From Anaerolineae bacterium (lineage in GTDB: Bacteria; Chloroflexota; Anaerolineae; S140-20): DNA of 64,000 nucleotides. This document shows, one piece after another, positions 46,604-56,035 of the stretch. The stretch is taken from NCBI GenBank assembly GCA_027021705.1, contig JALUTT010000003.1:11479-75478 (forward strand), read 5' to 3'. The position numbers were made by a program, and so were the translations under genes. How positions within the stretch are numbered: the first letter of the stretch is position 1; each line of letters begins with the position of its first letter. Under the pieces are notes generated by a model that saw only the letters and a list, made by a program, of their open reading frames with translations, did no database searches and was not told the DNA's origin.

Positions 46604-47683
46604 ATGCTGCGCGCCCGTTTGATCGCTGGAATGCTCACGCTGGCTCTTATCCTCTCCTCAGTAGTGGCCTGTCAGGGGGGCAAGCAGGAAACCCCCACCG
46701 TTCCGCCTACCTCTGAGGCAGAAGAAGCGCTGCCCCAACGTCCCGACCTGAAGGTGGCCCTGATCATCGCTCAGGGCGGGCTGGGGGATCGTTCTTACAA
46801 CGACTCCGGCTTCGCCGGCCTGACCAAAGCTGCTCAGGACTTCGGTGTCCAGGTCCAGACCATCGAGTCCCCAGACCCTGTGGGGGAGGGGGAGAAGCTC
46901 TTGCGCACAGCAGCCCAGGCTGGCTTCGATCTGGTGATTACGTTGGAGTACACCCACTTTGAGCCTCTGGCCCGGGTGGCCCCGGAGTTCCCCGACACGA
47001 TGTTCGCCATCCTCAACATCGCTGTGGAAGGGGACAACGTCGTCTCCGTCATCTTCAAGGAACACGAGGGCTCCTTTCTGGCGGGAGCGTTGGCTGCGAT
47101 GGTGACCAAGGACACCAACATCCCCGGCATTAACCCCGAGAAGATCATCGGAGTCATCGGCGGCACCCAGTCTCCGGGCATTGACAAGTTCCTCGTCGGT
47201 TACGAAGAGGGAGCCCACTACATTGATCCCGAGATCCAGGTCCTGCGTAGCTACTCTAACAGCTTCGGCGATCCGGCCAAGGGGAAGGAGTTGGCCTTGG
47301 CTATGTTCGAGCAAGGGGCCGACATCGTCTATCAGGTGGCCGGCGGCACCGGCGAGGGCGTCATCGAGGCGGCCAAAGAAACCGGCCACTACGCCATCGG
47401 CGTGGACTCCGACCAGGACTACATCGCGCCCGGCCACGTCTTGACCTCGATGCTCAAGCGGGTGGACGTCGCGGTCTACGGCCTCATCGAGCAACTGGTC
47501 CGGGGCGAGCTCAAGGGCGGCACCGTCGTCACCTATGGTCTCAAGGAAGGCGGTGTGGGCCTCAGCGAGATGAAGTACACGCGCCACCTGATCCCCAAGG
47601 AGTACATTGATAAGGTCAAGGAACTCCAGGAAAAGATCATCAGCGGCGAGATCAAAGTCACAGACATCACGGAGCAGCAATAG
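46604..47683 (+). CDS. BMP-family nucleoside ABC substrate-binding lipoprotein
   Basis: Lipobox VVAC; GGLGDRSYND, EGSFLAG, AGGTG, IGVDSDQ, TSMLK. Confidence 0.93.
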   Translation: MLRARLIAGMLTLALILSSVVACQGGKQETPTVPPTSEAEEALPQRPDLKVALIIAQGGLGDRSYNDSGFAGLTKAAQDFGVQVQTIESPDPVGEGEKLLRTAAQAGFDLVITLEYTHFEPLARVAPEFPDTMFAILNIAVEGDNVVSVIFKEHEGSFLAGALAAMVTKDTNIPGINPEKIIGVIGGTQSPGIDKFLVGYEEGAHYIDPEIQVLRSYSNSFGDPAKGKELALAMFEQGADIVYQVAGGTGEGVIEAAKETGHYAIGVDSDQDYIAPGHVLTSMLKRVDVAVYGLIEQLVRGELKGGTVVTYGLKEGGVGLSEMKYTRHLIPKEYIDKVKELQEKIISGEIKVTDITEQQ

Positions 47684-47716
47684 ATCAGAGCGGTTGCCCG
47701 GTCGCCCTCGGCTCCT

Positions 47717-47748
47717 GGTAGGGGCGCACGGTGTTGTGCGCCCCTACC
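47717..47748. repeat. GTAG-type REP-like palindrome
   Basis: GGTAGGGGCGCAC..GTGCGCCCCTACC; related hairpin at 3402-3434. Confidence 0.65.
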
Positions 47749-47859
47749 TTGGTGGGCCAGGGGAAGGCGGAGCAGCCGCCTTTTGGCTGGGCGGAGGGCG
47801 AGCCGGAGCCAGAACGCCTCTGGCGAGACGGCGTTAGGCGTCCTGGGGAGAGGAGCTCT

Positions 47860-49395
47860 ATGCCCTACCTGGAGATGCGGGGGATCACCAAAATCTTCCC
47901 CGGCGTTGTGGCCAACGACCGGGTGACCCTCACCGTGGAGCAAGGGGAGATCCACGCCTTGGTGGGGGAGAACGGCGCCGGCAAGACGACGTTGATGCGC
48001 ATTCTGTACGGGATGTACCGGCCTGATGCCGGAGAGATCTTCCTCCGTGGCCGGCGGGTTGAGATTCCCAACCCTCAGGCAGCCATCGCCTTGGGCATCG
48101 GTATGGTCCATCAGCACTTCCAGCTCGTCCCTTCCCTCACGGTAGCCGAGAACGTCGAACTGGGGAGGGAGTCGCGCCGCTTCTTCCTGGTGGACCGCGA
48201 GCAGGCGATTGCCCGGGTGGGAGCCCTGGCCCGCCGCTTCGGCCTCGCCGTGGACCCGACCGCCCGGGTGGCCGATCTTTCGGTGGGCGTGCAACAGCGG
48301 GTGGAGATCCTCAAGCTCCTCTACCGAGAGGCGGACCTCCTCATCCTGGACGAGCCTACTGCCGTCTTGACGCCTCAAGAGACCCAGGAACTCTTCCAGG
48401 TCCTGCGTCGGCTCCGGGATGAAGGGCGAACGCTTCTCTTCATCACCCACAAGCTGGGCGAGGTGTTGGCCCTCTCCGACCGGGTGACGGTGCTCCGCCG
48501 AGGCCGGGTCACCGGCGTTCTGGAGACCGACCGCACCAACGAGGAGGAACTGGCCCGGCTGATGGTGGGGCGCGAGGTGAAGGTGGCCCGACGACTGCAG
48601 GCCGCCTCCATTGGCGAGCCCGCCCTGCGGGTCGAGGGCTTGGTCGTGCGGGACGAGCGGGGGCTGACCGCCGTCAACAACCTCTCCTTCACCGTCCACC
48701 GGGGGGAGATCGTGGGCATCGCCGGCGTCGAAGGGAATGGTCAACGGGAGTTGCTGGAAGCGCTGGCCGGCATCCGTCCCCTTGTCCAGGGACGCATCTG
48801 GCTAGATGGCCGCGAGATTCACCATCTGCCCGTTCGGATGCGGCGGGAGGCCGGCCTGGGCCTCATCCCGGAGGACCGCACTCAGGAGGGCCTGAACCTG
48901 CTCGCCAGCATCGAGGAGAACCTGGCTGCTGTCCACTACTACCGCCCCCCTCTCTCCCAAAGGGGGCTATTGCACCCGGCGGCCATCAGCGGGTTTGCCC
49001 GGAAGCTGATCTCGCTCTTCGACATCCGGGTGACCAGCCCCACAGCGCCGGCAGCCGTCCTCTCCGGCGGAAACCAGCAGCGGGTGGTCGTTGCCCGGGA
49101 GCTGGCTGCCGATCCCTCCCTCCTCATCGCTGCCCACCCCACCCGGGGGCTGGACGTTGGAGCCACCCAGGCGGTGCGGAGGGAATTGCTCCGGTTGCGC
49201 GACCGGGGGCTGGGTGTGCTCCTCATCTCGGCGGATTTGGACGAGATCCTAGCCCTGGCGGACCGCATCTTGGTCCTCTTCCGGGGGCAGGTCGTGGGGG
49301 AGGTGCCGGCGGAGCAGGCCACCCAGGAGATGTTGGGGTTGATGATGGCCGGTCACAGGCCGGAGACCCTTCAGGCAGATCAGGAGGCCAGATGA
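47860..49395 (+). CDS. Nucleoside ABC transporter ATP-binding protein (two-domain)
   Basis: GENGAGKT, HQHF, LDEPTAVL, IPEDR, LSGGNQQ, PTRGLD. Confidence 0.95.
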   Translation: MPYLEMRGITKIFPGVVANDRVTLTVEQGEIHALVGENGAGKTTLMRILYGMYRPDAGEIFLRGRRVEIPNPQAAIALGIGMVHQHFQLVPSLTVAENVELGRESRRFFLVDREQAIARVGALARRFGLAVDPTARVADLSVGVQQRVEILKLLYREADLLILDEPTAVLTPQETQELFQVLRRLRDEGRTLLFITHKLGEVLALSDRVTVLRRGRVTGVLETDRTNEEELARLMVGREVKVARRLQAASIGEPALRVEGLVVRDERGLTAVNNLSFTVHRGEIVGIAGVEGNGQRELLEALAGIRPLVQGRIWLDGREIHHLPVRMRREAGLGLIPEDRTQEGLNLLASIEENLAAVHYYRPPLSQRGLLHPAAISGFARKLISLFDIRVTSPTAPAAVLSGGNQQRVVVARELAADPSLLIAAHPTRGLDVGATQAVRRELLRLRDRGLGVLLISADLDEILALADRILVLFRGQVVGEVPAEQATQEMLGLMMAGHRPETLQADQEAR

Positions 49396-50459
49396 ACCAG
49401 GTGACCTTTCGCTGGCGCTCTCCCCTGTTCAACATCGTCCAGGCGCTGATCACCCTGGCCGTTGCCTTGCTGATGGGGGCGCTGGTGATCCAGGTCTCGG
49501 GCAAAGATGCGCTGGGCGCTTACCGCACCCTCTTCACCACCGCGCTGGGGAGCCGCCTGAGCATCGCCGACTCGCTCCTGGCCAGCACCCCCCTCATCTT
49601 CACCGGGTTGGCGACGGCCATCGCCTTCCGGGCCGGCGTCTTCAACGTGGGTGTGGAGGGTTCCCTCTACCTGGGGGCCTTCGCCGCCGCCTGGGTGGGC
49701 TTCACCTGGACGGCGCTGCCGGGATTTCTGCTCATCCCCCTTGCCTTCCTGGCCGCCGGAATGGTCGGGGGGGTGTGGGGGCTGCTGCCCGGTTACCTGA
49801 AAGCCTACCTGCGCGTGGACGAGATCGTGACCACCATTATGCTCAACTACGTCGCCATCCTCTTCACCAGCTATCTGGTCAACTATCCCTTCCTGGCTCC
49901 TGGGTTGGCCAACTCGATGTCGCCTAAGATCGTGCCGGCAGCCCAGTTGCCCCGCTTGATGAAGCCCTCCCAGCTCAACCTCGCTTTCCCCATCGCCCTC
50001 CTCTGTGTGTTGGCTCTCTGGTTCCTGATGCGTCGGACGACGTTGGGGTACGAGTTGCGGATGGCGGGAGACAACCCCATCTTCGCCCGCTGGGCCGGTA
50101 TGCCCGTGGCCCGCACCATCCTGCAGGTGATGTTCATCAGCGGCTTCCTGGGAGGACTGGCCGGTGCCGGACAGGTGCTTGGTGTCAACTATCGTTTTGT
50201 GGACGGCTTCTCCCCAGGATACGGCTTCGACGGGATCACCGTCGCCTTGCTGGGGCGGAACACCCCCCTGGGGAGCCTGTTGGCGGCGCTCCTCTTCGGT
50301 GCCCTGCGCAGCGGTGGCTCGACGATGGAGCTCTTCACCGACGTCCCCCGAGACCTGATCCGTGTGCTGGAGGCGACCATCATCTTCTTCGTCTCGGCTC
50401 AATTTACCTTTGAGTTCCTGCGCCGTCGCCGGGCCCTCCAGGACCTCTCAGCGTCCTGA
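49392..50459 (+). CDS. Nucleoside ABC permease
   Basis: FNVGVEG, EIVTTIMLNY, GFDGITVALLG. Confidence 0.93.
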   Translation: MNQVTFRWRSPLFNIVQALITLAVALLMGALVIQVSGKDALGAYRTLFTTALGSRLSIADSLLASTPLIFTGLATAIAFRAGVFNVGVEGSLYLGAFAAAWVGFTWTALPGFLLIPLAFLAAGMVGGVWGLLPGYLKAYLRVDEIVTTIMLNYVAILFTSYLVNYPFLAPGLANSMSPKIVPAAQLPRLMKPSQLNLAFPIALLCVLALWFLMRRTTLGYELRMAGDNPIFARWAGMPVARTILQVMFISGFLGGLAGAGQVLGVNYRFVDGFSPGYGFDGITVALLGRNTPLGSLLAALLFGALRSGGSTMELFTDVPRDLIRVLEATIIFFVSAQFTFEFLRRRRALQDLSAS

Positions 50460-50515
50460 CGGCCCGGTGGACCGGTGCCCGGCCTTCGTTTCACAGCTTG
50501 CAGGAGCGGTGTGCT

Positions 50516-51418
50516 GTGACGAAAACGTTGATTCACGTTGGCTTTGCGACCTTGCGGATGACGACCCCGCTGGTGTTGGCGGCCTTGGGAGGCGTCTTCA
50601 GCCAACAGGTGGGTCTGTTGAACATCGCCCTGGAGGGGATGATGCTCATGGGGGCCTTTGCTGCCGTCGTCGTGGCCGCAGCCGTGGGGAGTTCGGTGGT
50701 TGGCGTCGGGGCGGCCGCCCTGGTCGGCCTCCTGACCGCCCTCATCTTCGCCTTCTTCGTCATCCACCTGCGGGCCGACCTCATCGTGGCTGGCCTGGCC
50801 GTCAACATCCTGGCCCTGGGCTTGACGGCCTACCTGCTCCAGGTGCTGTTTAACACACGGGGAGCCTACGCACCGAAGGACCTGGAGGGGCTAGGCAGCC
50901 TGACCATCCCCCTGCTTGACCAGGTCCCACTCCTGGGACCGATGCTCTCCGGTCACAAGTGGCTGGTCTACGTCACCTGGCTTCTCGTCTTCCTGAGTTG
51001 GTTGGTGCTCTACCGCACGCCCCTGGGCATCCATATCCGGGCCGTCGGAGAGCACCGTGAGGCTGCCGAGACCGCTGGCTTGCCGGTGAAGCGGATCCAG
51101 TACCTGGCCCTGCTGACCAGCGGCTTCCTGAGCGGTCTGGCCGGCGCCCAACTCTCCTTGGGGAACCTAACCCTTTTCAGCGAGAACATGTCCAACGGAC
51201 GTGGCTTCATGGCGCTGGCAGCCGTCTTCTTTGGGCAGGCTCGGCCCCTTCCCACGGCCCTCGCCTGCTTGCTCTTTGGCGTCTTCGAAGCCGTGCAGAT
51301 TCGCCTTCAGATGACGGTGCAGATTCCCAATCAGCTCCCTCAGATGTTGCCTTATCTCATCATCGTCGTTGTGTTGACCGTACTCTCCCTGCGGGAGCGC
51401 CGACTGAGCGCCCGATAG
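50516..51418 (+). CDS. Nucleoside ABC permease
   Basis: NIALEGMML, AVGEH, GRGFMALAA, MLPY. Confidence 0.93.
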   Translation: MTKTLIHVGFATLRMTTPLVLAALGGVFSQQVGLLNIALEGMMLMGAFAAVVVAAAVGSSVVGVGAAALVGLLTALIFAFFVIHLRADLIVAGLAVNILALGLTAYLLQVLFNTRGAYAPKDLEGLGSLTIPLLDQVPLLGPMLSGHKWLVYVTWLLVFLSWLVLYRTPLGIHIRAVGEHREAAETAGLPVKRIQYLALLTSGFLSGLAGAQLSLGNLTLFSENMSNGRGFMALAAVFFGQARPLPTALACLLFGVFEAVQIRLQMTVQIPNQLPQMLPYLIIVVVLTVLSLRERRLSAR

Positions 51419-51445
51419 CCTGCAGGACCGCTCAAGGAGGCTCTT

Positions 51446-52045
51446 GTGGACAGGATCGCCCTGATCATCGTGGATATGGTTAAGGATTTCGTCCGACCTG
51501 ATGGCATTGTCTACTTCCCTGATGCCGAGGCCATCGTCCCCGCCGTTGCCCGGCTGCTCCAAGCAGCTCGGCAGAGCCGGGTTCCCATCATCTATCTACG
51601 GGATTCCCACCAACCCGACGAGGAGCGATGGGATTGGGAACTGCGCAGCGTGAAGCGCCACTGCATCACCAGCACCGGTGGGGATGAGATCGTGGAGGAG
51701 TTGGCCCCCCCCGAGGGCGCGATGGTCATCCCCAAACGGCGCTACAGCGGCTTTATGGGCACAGACTTGGACATGCGGCTGCGCGACCTGCGGATCGAGG
51801 CAGTTGTGCTCTGTGGGGTCAAGACCAACGTCTGCGTGCGGGCTACGGCCCAGGATGCCTTCCAACGGGGCTATCGGGTCCTCGTCCCCCGTGAGGCGGT
51901 CTCCTCCAACCGACCTCACCTCCACGAAGCCAGCCTGGAAGACATTGACCGCTATATGGGAGCGGTCATCTCGGTGGATGAGGCGGTCCGGATTCTGGAA
52001 ACCGGGCGGATCCCCCAGGTCCTGCGGGGGGCGTTGGAGTACTGA
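51446..52045 (+). CDS. Isochorismatase-family cysteine hydrolase (nicotinamidase/amidase-like)
   Basis: IVDMVKDF, RDSH, HC, KRRYSGF, GVKTNVCV. Confidence 0.9.
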   Translation: MDRIALIIVDMVKDFVRPDGIVYFPDAEAIVPAVARLLQAARQSRVPIIYLRDSHQPDEERWDWELRSVKRHCITSTGGDEIVEELAPPEGAMVIPKRRYSGFMGTDLDMRLRDLRIEAVVLCGVKTNVCVRATAQDAFQRGYRVLVPREAVSSNRPHLHEASLEDIDRYMGAVISVDEAVRILETGRIPQVLRGALEY

Positions 52046-52049
52046 GCAT

Positions 52050-52988
52050 ATGGCGGCGCTGGAGATCGTGGCGACGGGCTATCCCAGCCTGGATTACATT
52101 ATGCGGGTGAGGAACTTACCTGCTCCTGGGGAGACGGGGGTGATCCAGGCCGATCCGCCTCCAGGTCAGATGACGCCGGGGGGCTGCGCGGCCAACGTCG
52201 CTGTGGGCTGCGCCCGGTTGGGGATGCGGGCCGGCCTGCTGATGGTCGTGGGCGATGACTTCGCCTCCAGTGGTTATCGGGCCGCCCTGGCCCAGGCCGG
52301 CGTGGACCTAGGGGGTGTCCACATCGTCCCGGGAGCTACCTCCTTCACCTACCTCTTCTTTGACCCTCAGGGCCGTCACCAGACCTTTTTCTTCCCCGGC
52401 GTCGTCACCGCTGATGTGGTCTTGGAGGGAGACGAGGCGTGGATGCGGGGAGCCCGATGGGGGGTGATCACCGTCGGTGTGCCCGAGCACAATCGAGCCG
52501 TTGCCGAACAGTTTCACCGGCTGGGCATCCCCATCGTCTGGGCGATGAAGGGGGACCCCTTCGCCTACCCCCAGGACTTGTTGGAACGCCTGGTCGAGAT
52601 CGCCACTGTAGCTGTGATGAACCAGGCCGAAGCTGAAGCTCTCTGCCGGCTCTTCGGCTGGTCGGAGATCAGGGAACTGCTCCACCCGCCGTTGGAGATG
52701 CTCTTCGTTACGCTGGGCACGGAGGGGAGCCGGGTGATCACGTCTCAGGGGGACTCCTGGGTCCCGGCCGTTCCCCCTGACCAGATGGTAGACCCCACGG
52801 GGGCGGGAGATGGGTACCTGGCCGGTCTGCTGTGGGCCCTGACTCAGGGCCTCTCGCCCGCTCAGGCAGCCCAGGCCGGTGCCATCGTTGCCTCCTTCGT
52901 GCTCGAGGCGACGGGCTGTCAGACCAACCTGCCGACCCTGCAGCCCTTTCGGGAGCGCTACCGTCACCACTTTGGAGAGTTCCGCTGA
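52050..52988 (+). CDS. PfkB-family carbohydrate/nucleoside kinase
   Basis: PGGCAANVA, VGDD, MNQAE, TLGTEG, DPTGAGDGY. Confidence 0.92.
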   Translation: MAALEIVATGYPSLDYIMRVRNLPAPGETGVIQADPPPGQMTPGGCAANVAVGCARLGMRAGLLMVVGDDFASSGYRAALAQAGVDLGGVHIVPGATSFTYLFFDPQGRHQTFFFPGVVTADVVLEGDEAWMRGARWGVITVGVPEHNRAVAEQFHRLGIPIVWAMKGDPFAYPQDLLERLVEIATVAVMNQAEAEALCRLFGWSEIRELLHPPLEMLFVTLGTEGSRVITSQGDSWVPAVPPDQMVDPTGAGDGYLAGLLWALTQGLSPAQAAQAGAIVASFVLEATGCQTNLPTLQPFRERYRHHFGEFR

Positions 52989-53791
52989 TGTCCTTCTACC
53001 TGCCCTGCCGGCCTGAGGACCGGGCTGACTACGCCGTCCTCACAGGTAACCCGGACCGGGTGGATCTGTTGGGATGTTATCTTGAAGACGTGGTCCTCCT
53101 CGGACAGCGTCGGGAGTTCCGGGTTCTGCGGGGGCATGTGGGCGACGCGAGCGTGCTTCTCCTGTCTTCAGGGATTGGCGCGCCGTCGGCAGCTATCGCC
53201 GTGGAGGAGCTGGCCGAATTGGGTGTCAAGGTGGTCATCCGCCTGGGCACCGCGATGGCCATCACGGCCCGGCTGGGGGATTACATCGTCGCCCACCACG
53301 CGCTGGGGCTGGACGGCACCTCTGCCACCTACGGTGGCTCGCTCTCCCAGGGGGTGGATGGGCCGGAGGGGTGGGCGCCCGCACCGCCGGCTCTGGACCG
53401 TCCTCCCCTTTTTGAAGCCGATCCGGGCCTGGTCAGTGCCTTCGTACAGGGGGGAGGGGCCCTGGCCCTGCCTATTCACGAGGGCACGTTGGTTACCTGC
53501 GATGGTTTCTACACCCAAATGGCCCGGGGGCGGCTGGAGCGGGGGCAGGAGGCCCTGCACCGGACCTGGGTAGAGCAAGGGATTGCCGGCGTCGAGATGG
53601 AATCGGCGGCTATCCTGGCGGCGGCCTCAGCCTTGGGAATGCGGGCTGGGGCCGTTTGTGTTGCCACCGTCTCCGGCATGGTCCGGGACTGTCTCTCGCC
53701 TACCGATCGCAGGCGGGCCGAGGAGAACTTGGGACGGTTGATGCGGGAGGGCATCCGACTGGATTGGATGCGGCAACGCGCTGGCCGGTAA
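52988..53791 (+). CDS. Nucleoside phosphorylase (uridine phosphorylase-like)
   Basis: GNPDRV, RREF, GIGAPS, IRLGT, TCDGFY, VEMESAA; TGATG coupling. Confidence 0.88.
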   Translation: MSFYLPCRPEDRADYAVLTGNPDRVDLLGCYLEDVVLLGQRREFRVLRGHVGDASVLLLSSGIGAPSAAIAVEELAELGVKVVIRLGTAMAITARLGDYIVAHHALGLDGTSATYGGSLSQGVDGPEGWAPAPPALDRPPLFEADPGLVSAFVQGGGALALPIHEGTLVTCDGFYTQMARGRLERGQEALHRTWVEQGIAGVEMESAAILAAASALGMRAGAVCVATVSGMVRDCLSPTDRRRAEENLGRLMREGIRLDWMRQRAGR

Positions 53792-53795
53792 AGCG

Positions 53796-53831
53796 AAACC
53801 GGGGCTCCCTCAAAGCGGGAGCCCCGGTTTT
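53796..53831. terminator. Rho-independent (bidirectional) terminator
   Basis: AAACCGGGGCTCCC..GGGAGCCCCGGTTTT between convergent genes. Confidence 0.8.
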
Positions 53832-53850
53832 AAACCCCCTCGACCTCCAC

Positions 53851-54393
53851 TCACCGTTGCCGCAGGCGGATTGGCTGAAGGGCAAGCGGTGTCCCCACCA
53901 GGATCACCACACCCAATCCCAGCAGCAGCAGCCCCATCAGCGGGAGCCGGGTTCCCTCAGGAGTGCCTGTCTGGGGCAACGTGCTAGGGGCCCCACCCCC
54001 AATCCCATAGGGATACTGGATCTGCCCGCTGCCGTAGATGCCGAAGTCATTCCCCAGGGCAGCCTCCCCTTCCGGCAGGTAGACGTCCAACTCGGTGGGC
54101 GTTGTGGCCTTGTACCCCTGGGGCAGGTGAAGGGTAATGTGCCACATCCCGCCGGGGAGAGGGATCGGGGCGTAGGTGCCATCGTCGCCGGTGTAGTAGG
54201 TGTGGGAGTACTCTCCCGCCGAGATGGTGATGTAGACGCCGGGGACGCCGACCTCTCCTTCATCGCGCTGCCCGTTCTGGTTCACGTCCAGGTAGACCGT
54301 CCCCCGCACGCTGCCGGGGCCGGCCCAGGCCACCCCTACGCTCAACAAGAGCAGGCTCACTAGAAGCACCAAGGAGAGTCCTAACCTCTTCAT
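53851..54393 (-). CDS. SdrD B-like domain surface protein with LPXTG sorting signal
   Basis: Signal peptide; GTVYLDVNQNGQRDEGEVGVPGV; LPQTG, hydrophobic segment, basic tail. Confidence 0.82.
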   Translation of the reverse strand: MKRLGLSLVLLVSLLLLSVGVAWAGPGSVRGTVYLDVNQNGQRDEGEVGVPGVYITISAGEYSHTYYTGDDGTYAPIPLPGGMWHITLHLPQGYKATTPTELDVYLPEGEAALGNDFGIYGSGQIQYPYGIGGGAPSTLPQTGTPEGTRLPLMGLLLLGLGVVILVGTPLALQPIRLRQR

Positions 54394-54492
54394 CTCATGC
54401 CTCCTTATGATGGCTCGACCACAAGCAGAACCCGTTTCAGAAACCTGAGCCCATTGTAGCCCTTTTATGCAGGGATGTCAAGGGCCATTCAT

Positions 54493-54557
54493 CCGGTGAT
54501 TATACCTTTGGAGATAGGGAGACTGGCCGTCCACGAATGGGGCACGAATACACGAAT
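54493..54557. repeat. Single-arm copy of the 32729-32882 element
   Basis: 54526-54557 is the exact reverse complement of 32816-32847; flanking CCGGTGATTA..CTTTGGAGATAGGGAG also matches. Confidence 0.8.
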
Positions 54558-54574
54558 GGCCGGACACTGTCGCC

Positions 54575-55090
54575 TTACAGGTCGGCGAAGGTGATCACCA
54601 GCCGGTCCTGGTCGTCGTAGCGGTAGTGGGCCAGGAAGGGGGATGCATCTTCGGGCCCCTGGAAGAGGCGGGGGAGGAGCGTGGGCAGGTCTTCCACCAG
54701 GTCCAGTTGCAGCGCGTCCTGCCAGGGCACCCAGACCAGCGTGCCCTCCCGGGAGGGCGAGACCTGACGGGTGGGGCTCTTGGCGGTGAAGACGAAGAGC
54801 AGTACGCCGCGCCGGGGATCCCCGGCATCCACGTGGACGATACCCCGCAGGCGCAGGTCGGTGACCTCTAGCCCCGTCTCCTCCCGGATCTCCCGTCGGG
54901 CCGCCGTCCAGATCTCCTCGCCTCGTTCGATGTGGCCTCCGATGCCGTTGTAGCGGTTGGCCCAGATGCGCTTATCCGGCGCCCCTCTCAGGAGCAGGAC
55001 CTCATCCCCATAAGTGATGAAACAGAGGGTGCGGGGGATCACCTGATAGCGATCGGCGGCGACCAGCACGCCTTGGTCTGTCCGTCCCAT
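54575..55090 (-). CDS. NUDIX hydrolase (MutT-like)
   Basis: NGIGGHIERGE..AARREIREETGL Nudix box. Confidence 0.93.
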   Translation of the reverse strand: MGRTDQGVLVAADRYQVIPRTLCFITYGDEVLLLRGAPDKRIWANRYNGIGGHIERGEEIWTAARREIREETGLEVTDLRLRGIVHVDAGDPRRGVLLFVFTAKSPTRQVSPSREGTLVWVPWQDALQLDLVEDLPTLLPRLFQGPEDASPFLAHYRYDDQDRLVITFADL

Positions 55091-55091
55091 A

Positions 55092-55415
55092 CTACTGTCC
55101 CTGTTCTTCGATGGTGGCGATGTCCGCTTCGACCTCAGCCAGCATGGTCCGGTGGATGGTGATCTTCTCCTGGAGTTCGGCGATAGCCTGCTCCTGCTGC
55201 ATCACCATGCCCATGTAGACATCGCTCTGGACCCGCCAGAGTTCCCGCTCTTCCTCGCTGTTGGCTCGGTCCCGCAAGCGCCGGGCCAGGGCCCACTGGT
55301 ACTTCAGCCGGCCCAAGGCTTTCTCCTCTTCCCGCAGTCGGCGGTGGGCTTCCATCAGCCGCTGCCGCAAGTCTTGGCGCACCTCTCGCAGAACCTCCAG
55401 GCTGGTCTCCGGCAT
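55092..55415 (-). CDS. Hypothetical coiled-coil protein
   Basis: Compact helical ORF in a co-oriented run, with purine-rich SD. Confidence 0.65.
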   Translation of the reverse strand: MPETSLEVLREVRQDLRQRLMEAHRRLREEEKALGRLKYQWALARRLRDRANSEEERELWRVQSDVYMGMVMQQEQAIAELQEKITIHRTMLAEVEADIATIEEQGQ

Positions 55416-55436
55416 CCGGCTCTCCCTGTCCCGTCT

Positions 55437-55868
55437 CTACGCAGCCGTCCACCGCCATCCATCGGGCGTCCGCTCCAGCCCCCAACGCTCGCGGGCGGCT
55501 GCCACGTGGCGGCGGAGTTGCGCGTACCGATCACCGTCGTCGAAAAGCACCACCCCTTCCTCCACGATCTCGCAGAAGAAGGGCTCGCCGGCAGCGATCT
55601 GAGCGGTCAGTTCCTGCCTTGTCTTCACGATAGGCTGGACGATCCCGTCGCTGCAAGCGTAGACCGTCACCCAGTCCACAGGGCGCTCGAAGACGACCAG
55701 GACGTCGGCGTCGCTGTACTGGGTGAAGTCGCCGGTGGCCACCGAACCGAAGAGCAGCACCAGCAGAGGACGTAGGGATCGCACCCGCTCGACAAAGCGC
55801 TCCACCGAGGAGCGATGCGAGTAGTCACGCCAGGCCTGCATCAACCAGTCCTGATGCCGTCGGCTCAT
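55437..55868 (-). CDS. Minimal nucleotidyltransferase (MNT) with a HEPN-like N-terminal remnant
   Basis: LFGSVATGD..SDADVLVV MNT motif; N-terminus MSRRHQDWLMQAWRDY resembles helix 1 of HEPN toxins. Confidence 0.78.
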   Translation of the reverse strand: MSRRHQDWLMQAWRDYSHRSSVERFVERVRSLRPLLVLLFGSVATGDFTQYSDADVLVVFERPVDWVTVYACSDGIVQPIVKTRQELTAQIAAGEPFFCEIVEEGVVLFDDGDRYAQLRRHVAAARERWGLERTPDGWRWTAA

Positions 55869-55881
55869 CGTCAATCGGCCA

Positions 55882-55990
55882 TAACTGTTCACCCTCCCGC
55901 AGGTTAGGCGCGTTTCCGACGCGAAACCGTACTTCAAATAGCCCATCGGGGCTGAAAGCGCCTTCGACCGGTGACCTGCGGGAGGGTAGG
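55882..55990 (-). mobile_element. 109-bp MITE/REP-like element, copy 2
   Basis: Reverse complement of 15535-15643 with 4 mismatches. Confidence 0.8.
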
Positions 55991-56035
55991 ATGAGTGCAG
56001 CGGCGCTGCGCCTCCCAACGGCCTTCGGTCACACC

